Below, one piece after another: positions 8,749-16,778 of a stretch of DNA of 39,931 nucleotides; positions within the stretch are counted from its first letter, which is position 1; every line of letters starts with the position of its first letter. The DNA is from a virus (taxonomy: Duplodnaviria; Caudoviricetes): positions 1 to 39,931 of the IMG/VR virus record IMGVR_UViG_3300034072_000656. One strand, written 5' to 3'. Below the pieces are notes generated by a model. That model was not told the origin of the DNA. It made no database searches and saw only the letters and a list, made by a program, of their open reading frames with translations. A program made the translations under genes and the position numbers.

Positions 8749-8958
8749 ATGATGACCCCGACGACGACGACACAGGGCGAATTCCACCCGATGCGCGGAC
8801 ACGTGGAAAAGGACACCACGATTCGCATGCACGATGGCGAAGTGCTGACGCTGCTGCCGGAAATGCGCGGCTGGAAGCTGGTGCGCGCCGATGGCACGGT
8901 CTACGCTGACGGCCTGCCGTCGGCGTTCGCGGTGACCGATGCTGTGGTGAATTACTAA
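8749..8958 (+). CDS. Hypothetical early protein
   Basis: RBS GGAG then ATG at 8749. Confidence 0.65.
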   Translation: MMTPTTTTQGEFHPMRGHVEKDTTIRMHDGEVLTLLPEMRGWKLVRADGTVYADGLPSAFAVTDAVVNY

Positions 8959-8976
8959 CTCAAGGAGTGATGACAG

Positions 8977-9216
8977 ATGAAACCCGGATATTACTTAGTG
9001 ACTCCCGACGGCGAGCGCCGCTTTGTGTCTGCCCGCGTCAACCCTGCAGCGCTCGATCGCATGTGCGATCGGTATCTGACCGAGGCCACTGGCTGGCGCT
9101 ACTGGGTGGACTTTTGCCACGGGCTGGCGGTTGACGGCCGGCCGGCGTGGTCGAACCTAGACCACACCGATGTTTTCCTTGATGCTGACGCGCGCGCATA
9201 CGGTGCGATTCTGTAA
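8977..9216 (+). CDS. Hypothetical early protein
   Basis: 79 aa, RBS AAGGAG. Confidence 0.7.
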   Translation: MKPGYYLVTPDGERRFVSARVNPAALDRMCDRYLTEATGWRYWVDFCHGLAVDGRPAWSNLDHTDVFLDADARAYGAIL

Positions 9217-9244
9217 GCCCCGCGTCAGCCCCGCCCCCGACACT
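9212..9244 (+). promoter_or_regulatory. Early promoter motif copy 2
   Basis: TGTAAG ccccg CGTCAG ccccgccccc GACACT. Confidence 0.7.
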
Positions 9245-9284
9245 ATCCCTGCCGGCCGATGCCGGCTCACCTGGAGATGAGACG

Positions 9285-9512
9285 ATGAGACTGACAGATA
9301 AGGGACTTCTTGCGCAGGTCCGGACCCTTTACCCGAACGCCCATTCGGTCGACGTCGACCGGATCGGGCATGTATGGGTCCGGTGCGACTCCGTGCCGGA
9401 CTGGTCCGGTTGGGGTGACGGCCGGACTGGAGGATCCTTCCGGCTTGGAACGAGTCCGGACTCGTGCCGGCTTGAGCGCGCCATTTTGGAATGGCGCGCA
9501 GGGGTTGCATGA
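9285..9512 (+). CDS. Hypothetical early protein
   Basis: 75 aa, RBS CTGGAG. Confidence 0.65.
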   Translation: MRLTDKGLLAQVRTLYPNAHSVDVDRIGHVWVRCDSVPDWSGWGDGRTGGSFRLGTSPDSCRLERAILEWRAGVA

Positions 9513-9742
9513 TGGACACCTGGACCCTTGTAGACGAGCACGCCGATAGCGGCGTGACCCTGTGGCGAGACGACCGTCACACGCCGCGCTGGGCTGTTTG
9601 CCCGGCCTACGGACAGCCGCAGGATGCCGACGCTTGCATCATTGGCGCCGCTTGGCGCGACGAAACAGAATACCGAGCCCGCTTGGTGATGGCCGACATG
9701 ATCGGCGACGCATATGCCGCAGCGCGGCGCGAGGAGCAGTGA
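9509..9742 (+). CDS. Hypothetical early protein
   Basis: ATGA-coupled to the upstream ORF. Confidence 0.6.
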   Translation: MMDTWTLVDEHADSGVTLWRDDRHTPRWAVCPAYGQPQDADACIIGAAWRDETEYRARLVMADMIGDAYAAARREEQ

Positions 9743-9831
9743 TGCACGACACCCCGTTCACCCTGCGCGATGCGCTGTTCGCGATCGCGCTGGGGCTCGC
9801 TTTGGGCGCCCTGGTGGCGCTTGGACTGTAA
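9742..9831 (+). CDS. Small membrane peptide
   Basis: MHDTPFTLRDALFAIALGLALGALVALGL, RBS GAGGAG, TGATG coupling. Confidence 0.6.
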   Translation: MHDTPFTLRDALFAIALGLALGALVALGL

Positions 9832-9859
9832 GCCTGCCGTCAGCCTACCCGAAGACACT
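9827..9859 (+). promoter_or_regulatory. Early promoter motif copy 3
   Basis: TGTAAG cctgc CGTCAG cctacccgaa GACACT. Confidence 0.7.
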
Positions 9860-9900
9860 GAACCCGCCCCGCACCGGGGCACACACTGGAGAGACAGACC

Positions 9901-10185
9901 ATGGACCGCGTTACCGTATCCCACTTGCAAGCTGTAATTACCCGCATCAACCGCGAGACCGACTCGCCCGCAGAGCCTTACGTCCTGGACGCTGACGGCC
10001 GCCAGCGTGCGCAGATCGGAAACTTCCACCTGTCGCGCGCCTACGGCGGCTTCGCACTGCACCGCATGGTCAACGAAGGCGGCGGCGTTTCGTCACCCCT
10101 GAGCACAGGCCACATCCCCGCGCGTGACCTGATGAACCGCATGCATGCCTATCTGCTGGGCCTCGATGCTGCCCGCCGCGCCTGA
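9901..10185 (+). CDS. Hypothetical early protein
   Basis: 94 aa, RBS GGAG; motif HLSRAYGGFALHRMVNEGGGV. Confidence 0.75.
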   Translation: MDRVTVSHLQAVITRINRETDSPAEPYVLDADGRQRAQIGNFHLSRAYGGFALHRMVNEGGGVSSPLSTGHIPARDLMNRMHAYLLGLDAARRA

Positions 10186-10208
10186 AACTGACGATTGGAG
10201 CGAAGACC

Positions 10209-10409
10209 ATGCAATACGCTACGAAAGCCACGTGCACCCGCTGGGGCTCTGATTGGGGCGCTCGCCGAGTGTCCGGCCTGACTGCGCAGGAGCGCGCAGC
10301 AGTGCGCGCAGGCGCCGATGTTCGTTTGGCCGGATGCCCGCCAGTGCGCGGAATCACTGACCGAAGGATTGTCGAAGCCAATGGTAGGTTCTATGCACGG
10401 ATGCCATGA
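10209..10409 (+). CDS. Hypothetical early protein
   Basis: 66 aa, RBS GGAG. Confidence 0.6.
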   Translation: MQYATKATCTRWGSDWGARRVSGLTAQERAAVRAGADVRLAGCPPVRGITDRRIVEANGRFYARMP

Positions 10410-10484
10410 CGCATCCGCCGAGCCCCCGCCGGGGGTTCTGGGATGCGCCACGGTGGCGCAGAAAACCGAAGGAGTAGACAGACC

Positions 10485-11180
10485 ATGACCACGACCCCCG
10501 AAAAGATCCACGTTGGCCGCCTGGTGCGGTTTAATGCCGGCTACGGCAACACTGACGGCACCGGCGCTATCGTGGCTGTGCGCGGCACGGTCAATATGCG
10601 GCCGGCGCAAAACGTCGGCATCATGCGCGTGATCCGCGCCGATGACTGTGAAGTCGACGTCATCCTGTTCGACGGTCGCATGTTGCGCGGCATCGAGCAA
10701 TGCGGCATTGACGCCCCCGGAATCGGGATCAAGCTGCTAGACGACGTGCTCGATGACGTCTCGCACCTGCCGGCACTGGTGGCCAAGCGTGACGCTGCCG
10801 AAGCCATCGCTGCCGCGAAAGCTCGCGCCGATTTCGAGACCGCTGAGGCTGCGCGCGTGATCACGGATCCGCCGCTGTTTTATTGGAACGGGATCAAGGA
10901 TGCGAAGGGTGCGAAGCTGCAAAAGGTGTTTTACAGCGTCGGCGGCCTGCGCAGTTATCCCGAAAGCACGATCACGATTTACGGGCGCGGCTACGAGGGC
11001 TTCAGCGCGAAGGTCTGGGAGTGCTTCGCCGTGCAAAACGACACCGATACGCAGGTCGACTATTTTGACAATGACCGCATCCGCGTTATCCCCTCGCACC
11101 CGCTGTATGCCGCCGTCAAAGCCGCGCACGATGCGAACGCCGCGCGCAATGCCAAGCGCTACGGGCGCACGGAAGCGTGA
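10485..11180 (+). CDS. Hypothetical protein; C-terminus resembles LPD25/LPD29-type polyvalent domains
   Basis: RBS AAGGAG; motif QNDTDTQVDYFD. Confidence 0.6.
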   Translation: MTTTPEKIHVGRLVRFNAGYGNTDGTGAIVAVRGTVNMRPAQNVGIMRVIRADDCEVDVILFDGRMLRGIEQCGIDAPGIGIKLLDDVLDDVSHLPALVAKRDAAEAIAAAKARADFETAEAARVITDPPLFYWNGIKDAKGAKLQKVFYSVGGLRSYPESTITIYGRGYEGFSAKVWECFAVQNDTDTQVDYFDNDRIRVIPSHPLYAAVKAAHDANAARNAKRYGRTEA

Positions 11181-11340
11181 CCCCCGCTGACACCCCGCCA
11201 GAGCCCCAGAATCGGCCCCTGTGGCCGTTTCCGCCCCGCCTGCTGGATTACCCCTGCCTCCCGCCTGGATCGCGTCCTGTGCGCGTTCCTGCGGGGCCGC
11301 CGCCGGATATTGAGCCGGCTCTGTTTTGAGGAGAACGACA

Positions 11341-11637
11341 ATGCAAATACCAATCAATCCCGACGCTGAACCGTGGGTCATTCATTGCATGACAAGACCG
11401 CAACCCTACCCTTTTTCCGTGGTAAGGAAAATTTCCGAATCTCATTGGGAAAGTCTGATCCATTGGCCATCCTATGAAACTTGCAGATACGCAACCAATG
11501 AAGAAGCGGAGGCGGCTAGAAAGTCAGTGGAATATTTCAGGGCCGCCACAGGTTTAGAGTTCTGTTCCGAGACTTCACAGTATGCGGGATCCGAGGCAAT
11601 ATTTATGCGGAGCCGTGCCGCCACGGAGGCCGCATGA
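11341..11637 (+). CDS. Hypothetical protein (lower GC)
   Basis: 98 aa, RBS GAGGAG. Confidence 0.6.
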   Translation: MQIPINPDAEPWVIHCMTRPQPYPFSVVRKISESHWESLIHWPSYETCRYATNEEAEAARKSVEYFRAATGLEFCSETSQYAGSEAIFMRSRAATEAA

Positions 11638-12065
11638 TCGAAGCCGTAGACCACCAAGTCCCAGACCCCGCCCTGCTGCGCGCAGTGCACAAGCGTGCCG
11701 ATGCGTCGTTCATGCAATCGCTGGACACCCTCACGCCTGACCTGCTGCCGGGGATCCCCGGCTATCGGCCGCATCTGCCGTCGAACTGCTGCCTGAAAAT
11801 GCGCAGCGTCGAGCCTCACCGCGACGACTGGCAGGGGGCCCCAGCACTGCGCGGCCGACGAAAGCCCGCCTACCGGGCCATGTTCTGGCTGCTGCAAGGA
11901 CAGCTGCACCTGCAGGTGTCCGACGATGATGTCCGGCTTTACCCCGGAAACTGGGTGCTGTTCGACGATCGCCGCCTGCACTGCGTTGTCGCTGATCGCC
12001 AGTGGGTCGGTTTGGCCGTCCAATACGTCAAGGAGCCTCGCCGTGCTAACGTTCAAAAATCTTGA
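11634..12065 (+). CDS. Cupin / 2OG-Fe(II) oxygenase-like protein
   Basis: HxD (PHRD) with distal H (RLHCV) and double-stranded beta-helix pattern LYPGNWVLFD. Confidence 0.55.
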   Translation: MIEAVDHQVPDPALLRAVHKRADASFMQSLDTLTPDLLPGIPGYRPHLPSNCCLKMRSVEPHRDDWQGAPALRGRRKPAYRAMFWLLQGQLHLQVSDDDVRLYPGNWVLFDDRRLHCVVADRQWVGLAVQYVKEPRRANVQKS

Positions 12066-12342
12066 ACTGTCTGCCGATCAGCTATCCACCGCCCGCGCCG
12101 CTGCCGATGCGGTGTTTCGCGCTGCCGACCTAGAGCCCGCCCAATGCTGGAAGCACGTTGTCAGCATGATGGCCGGAGGGCTGTTCAGCCGTCGCCCCGT
12201 GGCCGTCTGGCACGATGCGGAGGATCGCGCAGTACGCGCAGCGCTCGGATCCTGGCGCAAGGCGCCGCTGAATGCCATGATGGACTGGTCACCCGAGACG
12301 CCACCGCAGGCCCCGAAAACGCCGCAGGAGGCCGAGAAATGA
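12043..12342 (+). CDS. Hypothetical protein
   Basis: GTG start at 12043 with AAGGAG RBS. Confidence 0.55.
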   Translation: MLTFKNLELSADQLSTARAAADAVFRAADLEPAQCWKHVVSMMAGGLFSRRPVAVWHDAEDRAVRAALGSWRKAPLNAMMDWSPETPPQAPKTPQEAEK

Positions 12343-12401
12343 TCCTTGCCGGACTGGCTATCCTGCTGGCGCTGTTGCTCGCCTTGGCGCTCGATCTATA
12401 A
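12339..12401 (+). CDS. 20-aa hydrophobic peptide
   Basis: MILAGLAILLALLLALALDL, RBS AGGAGG, ATGA coupling. Confidence 0.5.
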   Translation: MILAGLAILLALLLALALDL

Positions 12402-12402
12402 T
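12375..12402 (+). promoter_or_regulatory. Sigma70 promoter of the sRNA
   Basis: TTGCTC-16 bp-TATAAT (consensus -10). Confidence 0.65.
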
Positions 12403-12408
12403 CCGCGT

Positions 12409-12487
12409 GCCGCTTTGGCGGCTGTCTCCTCCTTCCGGCGCGAGCCGGTTTGCCCCGGATCGAGCTTGCTCTCCGGGGCTATTTTTT
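12409..12487 (+). ncRNA. Putative anti-Shine-Dalgarno small RNA with three hairpins
   Basis: GCCGC-UUUG-GCGGC; single-stranded UGUCUCCUCCUU; CCGGC-GCGA-GCCGG; terminator GCCCCGGA/UCCGGGGC plus U tract. Confidence 0.7.
12452..12487 (+). terminator. Rho-independent terminator ending the early region and the sRNA
   Basis: 8-bp GC stem followed by TATTTTTT. Confidence 0.8.
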
Positions 12488-14822
12488 AGCCGGCGCGATA
12501 GAACGGTCGAACATCCGGCCTCGATGCCAGATGCGTCTCTGTCGCGTCCCGTGCATCGGATTTGCTGCCGCTCCAGTCTGGCGCCGCCCAGATATGGCGC
12601 GCAGTCTGATAGGTGCGGCTTTTGCACAGGCCGAGATCCGTCCACCCGGCCTCGGCCAACGCATGCTGCAGCGCCTGCAGGTTGAGCCGGATATGCGTCG
12701 GCGCCTGATTCTGCAAGCGGTCGACCACTGGTTGCCACGGGCCCGATAGCAGGCCCAAGCGGAACTCCTCGATTCGCTTTTCGATGCGCTCGATGAGCCA
12801 CGCTTCGGCTGCGGATCTGCTGGTGTTCACCATGATGCTTTTCGCCTCCGTCCAAGGTGGTGTTGCTGCCGGCAAGAATTTCGAGACATCCCGCCGCCGC
12901 AGATACAGCGCCCCGGCCTGGAGCCCGCCCGCGTGGAACCAGCGCCACAGTTCCTCGGACTCGGATTGCGTCATCCTCGGTGCATGCGTCCAGACGACAA
13001 ACCAGCGCCGGTCCTCTGTCGGAATCGAAATAGCATCCCGGTAGTTGGTCATCGCCAGCACCAGCGCCTGATTGCGCACCTGTATCGGATGCATCATCTT
13101 GCGCTGCACGGTCAGCAGTTCTGGCGGCGCCGCAAGGATCGGCTTTAACCTGTTTTCCAGCGCCCTGCGGTCAATTGCCTCGGACTGCCGAAGTTCGTTG
13201 AAGATGATGACCTCGTTTTCGAGATAATATCCCCACTGCTGCTGCAATTCTGCGGTTTCAACTGACGCGCAATTCAGTTTGTGCTGGCCGCCGATCGCAT
13301 ACAGGAGCGGTGCGATCATGCTGTCTTTGCCCGCGCCTTGCACGCCACCGATCAGTAGCGCGTGATTGATTTTCACGCCGGGATTCTGGACCTTGAACGC
13401 CATCGCGTCCAGCAGATGATTGCGTTCGAACTCCTCGGGAATCAGCCGCTCGACGTGATCGAGCCACGGCTGCGGATCAATCGCGTCGAGGATTTTCGGC
13501 CTGCCGTCGCGCCATTTGTTGCCGAAAACCTGACCTTGGTGCTCGCACAGACTGGCGGCGCCCGGCGCGTAGGTTGCGCCCGCGAGAATCCTCGCGCCCA
13601 TCGCTAACCTGTTCTCGTCGAAACTCACTGCGGCATCGACCCGTCGCGCCCCGCCGCTCGCACCCGGATGGATCGAGGTGCAGCGCTGATGGCGGTACAG
13701 CGCGCTGAACGCAGCGCGGGAAACTTCGGTGCGCTCCTTCAGGTCGAAGAAGCTGTCATCGGGCATCATGTAAGCCCACCGTGCGTACCACTCCGACGGC
13801 TCCAGCGTCGAGACGTCCCGCGCCTGAACGGCTTTCTCTGCGGCCTGCGTTTCTGCCGCCTCGGGCTTCGGCCCCAGTGGCGGTGCCGGCGGTTCTGGGC
13901 CGCGCAGCACACTCGTTCTCGGCGCGATCCACGACCGCGCAGCCGTCCATCGGGTCCAGCCGCTGTCCGCGCAGTCCCAGCCCTCGGGCTGACCGCTGAC
14001 GTCGATGATTTTGATCTCGCTGGCGATCGGCGCCAGGATCTCGCCCAGCCGCTGCATGGCCGCGATGCCCGCCTCGTCCGCATCGGGCCACAGCAGCACC
14101 CTGCGCCCGCGCAGCGCTCGCCAGTCAGCCCGCCCCAGTGCCTGCGCACCACCGGGCCACGTTGTTGAGACGTAAGGCGAGCCTGCCAGCGCTGCCGCTG
14201 CGTCTGCGGCTTTCTCGCCCTCGACGATCAGCACCGGGTCAGTGTGGCGGGCCTCCAGTTCCTGAAGGCGGTAGAGCGGTCGAGGTGCCGGCCACTGGCC
14301 CATGCCCCAGCCGTCGTCCGCGAAAGTCCACGGGATAATCTGCTTACGGCTGTCGGGCGGGTCGTATCTGGCGACGTACCCGAGCACGTCCCCGTTGCCG
14401 TCGTAATACGTCCAGCGCTGGCTTGGCGCGCCGAGCACGGGATGGATGCAGTCGTAATCGGCAGACTCTGCGGGCACTGGCGTGATCACCGCGCGCTGCG
14501 GTTTCACTGGGCGCGGAGGCTTGGCGGGCACGTCGCTGGCGGGCGCCTCGTCGCTGAGTTCGCGGTAGGCTTCGCCCATCGTGATCTCGTGGATCGCGGC
14601 GTACAAGCTGATGAGATCCCCGCCGCGTTCGCTGGTCGCGAAATCGGCCCACCGGCCGGACAGAAGGTTGACGGAGCAGGAATCGCCCTCGCCGCCCGCC
14701 AGGTCGCCACAGACCCACTCATGGCCCCGCCGGCGCCCGTCGCGCAGCCACTGGGGAACGAGGGTGTCGGCAGAGATCAGCAGGCGCTGCGCGAGTGCGG
14801 TGAAGTCGAGTTTCGTTGTCAT
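12486..14822 (-). CDS. Primase-helicase (TOPRIM plus SF3/DUF5906-type helicase)
   Basis: ATG 14822 with GGGAG RBS; VLIVEGEKAADA, LWPDADEAG, GWDCAD; Walker A GGVQGAGKDS; LAMTN. Confidence 0.85.
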   Translation of the reverse strand: MTTKLDFTALAQRLLISADTLVPQWLRDGRRRGHEWVCGDLAGGEGDSCSVNLLSGRWADFATSERGGDLISLYAAIHEITMGEAYRELSDEAPASDVPAKPPRPVKPQRAVITPVPAESADYDCIHPVLGAPSQRWTYYDGNGDVLGYVARYDPPDSRKQIIPWTFADDGWGMGQWPAPRPLYRLQELEARHTDPVLIVEGEKAADAAAALAGSPYVSTTWPGGAQALGRADWRALRGRRVLLWPDADEAGIAAMQRLGEILAPIASEIKIIDVSGQPEGWDCADSGWTRWTAARSWIAPRTSVLRGPEPPAPPLGPKPEAAETQAAEKAVQARDVSTLEPSEWYARWAYMMPDDSFFDLKERTEVSRAAFSALYRHQRCTSIHPGASGGARRVDAAVSFDENRLAMGARILAGATYAPGAASLCEHQGQVFGNKWRDGRPKILDAIDPQPWLDHVERLIPEEFERNHLLDAMAFKVQNPGVKINHALLIGGVQGAGKDSMIAPLLYAIGGQHKLNCASVETAELQQQWGYYLENEVIIFNELRQSEAIDRRALENRLKPILAAPPELLTVQRKMMHPIQVRNQALVLAMTNYRDAISIPTEDRRWFVVWTHAPRMTQSESEELWRWFHAGGLQAGALYLRRRDVSKFLPAATPPWTEAKSIMVNTSRSAAEAWLIERIEKRIEEFRLGLLSGPWQPVVDRLQNQAPTHIRLNLQALQHALAEAGWTDLGLCKSRTYQTARHIWAAPDWSGSKSDARDATETHLASRPDVRPFYRAG

Positions 14823-15307
14823 GCTGTCTCCCGATATTCGACGACGATAGCCCCCGGAATCCCCCCAGCTAACGCCGCCCGCGTCCGAGCCCGAATGCGC
14901 TCCTCGGCGCGAAACCGCTCCGCGTGGGTCACTGTGGCTAGGATGTCGATCATCGCCGCCTCCAGGTCCCAGAGCGCTGCCAGTTCGCCCGCCCGCGCCG
15001 CCCGCGTGCCGGTGGTCTGCATCCGCTGGATGATGTCCGCGCACGCTTGCTGAGCGTCACGGATCACGCCTGACGGATCCGATGCCAGACCCATGCGTGT
15101 GAGTTCCTCGGCGAGGTTCACGCTGTCGAAGATCGTATCCCAGTGCTGGCGCGTGGCCCGCGCCTCGCGCACTGCGTCAAGGGCGCCGCGCAGTTCCAGC
15201 GCCCAGACCGTGCGGTCGTCTTTGCTGAGTAGGGCTGCGCCGTGGATGGCGACGAGATGCGCGGTTGGGTTGATGCCGCGCGGGCGGTAGGTGGAGCGTT
15301 TTCTCAT
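14819..15307 (-). CDS. Hypothetical protein
   Basis: MRKRSTYRPRGINP..., coupled to neighbours by 4-bp overlaps. Confidence 0.7.
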   Translation of the reverse strand: MRKRSTYRPRGINPTAHLVAIHGAALLSKDDRTVWALELRGALDAVREARATRQHWDTIFDSVNLAEELTRMGLASDPSGVIRDAQQACADIIQRMQTTGTRAARAGELAALWDLEAAMIDILATVTHAERFRAEERIRARTRAALAGGIPGAIVVEYRETA

Positions 15308-15792
15308 GCGTCCTCCAGCAGCTTGACGGCATCCTCGACACTGCGGCAAACCCCAGCCACGCCCCCGGCCTGCCGGATGGTCTGCAGAAACTCCTCCTGT
15401 CCGGGCCTCATGCGCCCGGTGCGGCTCTTCACCTCGATGGCCAGCGTACGACCGTCCTTCAGCACGCCCATGATGTCGCTCATGCCGCGCTGGGTGTTGG
15501 CGCGGATATACCGCACGCTGCCGTCCCGGTTGCGCTCCTGAAACGTCCCGCTGTTCTGCCTCCAGCACTGCGCCACGCGCGGGTGACGGTGCAGCAGTTG
15601 GATGATGGCTCTCAGGATCTCGGCTTCTGACGGCTCGCGCTGTTCTGCCGGCTGCGGTTCGCGCTTGGCGCGTTTCTTCGGCTCTGGCGGGATCGGCAGT
15701 TCCCGTCGAGGCTTGCCCCACAGGGCCGCCAGCGTGTCCTCGGTGCGCTGGTGATCGGTCATCACCTCGCGTAGCGTGCGACGGCCTCTCAT
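15304..15792 (-). CDS. VRR-NUC domain nuclease (Holliday-junction resolvase-like)
   Basis: GMSDI...AIEVKSRTGRMRPGQEEF...AGGVAGVCRSVEDA. Confidence 0.85.
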   Translation of the reverse strand: MRGRRTLREVMTDHQRTEDTLAALWGKPRRELPIPPEPKKRAKREPQPAEQREPSEAEILRAIIQLLHRHPRVAQCWRQNSGTFQERNRDGSVRYIRANTQRGMSDIMGVLKDGRTLAIEVKSRTGRMRPGQEEFLQTIRQAGGVAGVCRSVEDAVKLLEDA

Positions 15793-16076
15793 CGCTTCGC
15801 CTCCGCCCTGTCGATCTCGGCCTGCAGCGTCGCCACCGCCTCTTTCGCCGCCTCCAGCACTGCGGCCAGCATCACCGCATCGCCCAGGCATGCGCGGATC
15901 GCCTTGTTCTCATCACCGGGACCGTAGTCGCCAGAATCGACCCACTCGATGTCGTGCAAGGCTTTGATCACCAGTTCCAAGTGCTTGGCAAACGCCCTGC
16001 GCTCTGGTGTGTCCTGACGGAAATTCGCCTCGTACTCCAGCTTAGAGTAGATGTAATTCATGCTGCCGCCGCTCAT
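15789..16076 (-). CDS. Hypothetical phage protein
   Basis: MSGGSMNY...HDIEWVDSGDYG, coupled overlaps. Confidence 0.7.
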   Translation of the reverse strand: MSGGSMNYIYSKLEYEANFRQDTPERRAFAKHLELVIKALHDIEWVDSGDYGPGDENKAIRACLGDAVMLAAVLEAAKEAVATLQAEIDRAEAKR

Positions 16077-16621
16077 GCTGCGAGCCTCCAGAAAACTGAG
16101 GACCACACGTCCACGTTACGCCACCGCCTGCCGGAGCGGATTCCGTTGATCGTTGAGCGGTCGACCCCAAACTGCTCTGCCAGCACGCGCGCCGGCTCTG
16201 ACGACGCGCGAATCCGCAGAACGTCGGCCTCGGTGAGTTTGCTTACGGACTTGCGAGATGCTGCCGCCGCCAGCGCAGAGCGCCGCGCATGGTTGATCTT
16301 GCCGTGTTTGACTGCCATCCGCATCACACCCGCGTGCGTGGTGGCAATCAGATGCTCAGGGTTCACGCAGCAGGGATGACCGCAGCTGCTGGTGACCTGT
16401 CCCTGCAGGGGCCGCTTGTTCGCCGCGTGATAGACCACGCGCCGCAACGACACGCCGACGCGCTTGCCGTCGGCCCTTGTCTGGGAAATGCGCGGCGAGG
16501 GCGTTTTGTGCTTGCTCATGCCGGTCCAGATCAGGCAGTCGCCCTCCTGCACAACGCGCGGCCTGATGCGCGCCGCCAGGTCTGCCGGCAGTCGCGCCAG
16601 CATCTTGTCGATCTCATCCAT
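16073..16621 (-). CDS. Degenerate HNH fold plus C-terminal HTH DNA-binding protein
   Basis: CLIWTG...CGHPCCVNPEHL; KLTEADV...LAEQFGVDRSTINGIRSGRRW. Confidence 0.7.
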   Translation of the reverse strand: MDEIDKMLARLPADLAARIRPRVVQEGDCLIWTGMSKHKTPSPRISQTRADGKRVGVSLRRVVYHAANKRPLQGQVTSSCGHPCCVNPEHLIATTHAGVMRMAVKHGKINHARRSALAAAASRKSVSKLTEADVLRIRASSEPARVLAEQFGVDRSTINGIRSGRRWRNVDVWSSVFWRLAA

Positions 16622-16648
16622 GTCTGCTCCTGTTTAACCGGGGACGCG

Positions 16649-16746
16649 ATCATAGCCCCGCTTCCGCACCGCGCCAAAATCCCCGCTATTTCTGTCGGGC
16701 ATAGGTGAATCTGCGCTTGACGCGGCTGTCGGCGTGGGCATACACT
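16649..16746. promoter_or_regulatory. Divergent sigma70 promoters
   Basis: Leftward TTGGCG-17-TATGAT (16677 to 16649); rightward TTGACG-18-TACACT (16717-16746). Confidence 0.65.
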
Positions 16747-16778
16747 CTTGCTGTCGTCAACACAACAGGAGCAGACAG

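Noticed and set aside
12409-12487. tRNA interpretation of the multi-hairpin RNA
   Set aside because: No acceptor stem, TTC-loop or CCA end; the hairpins are serial rather than a cloverleaf
14823-15044. N-terminal extension of the primase (852 aa)
   Set aside because: Overlaps gene 14819-15307; a good RBS and ATG lie at 14822
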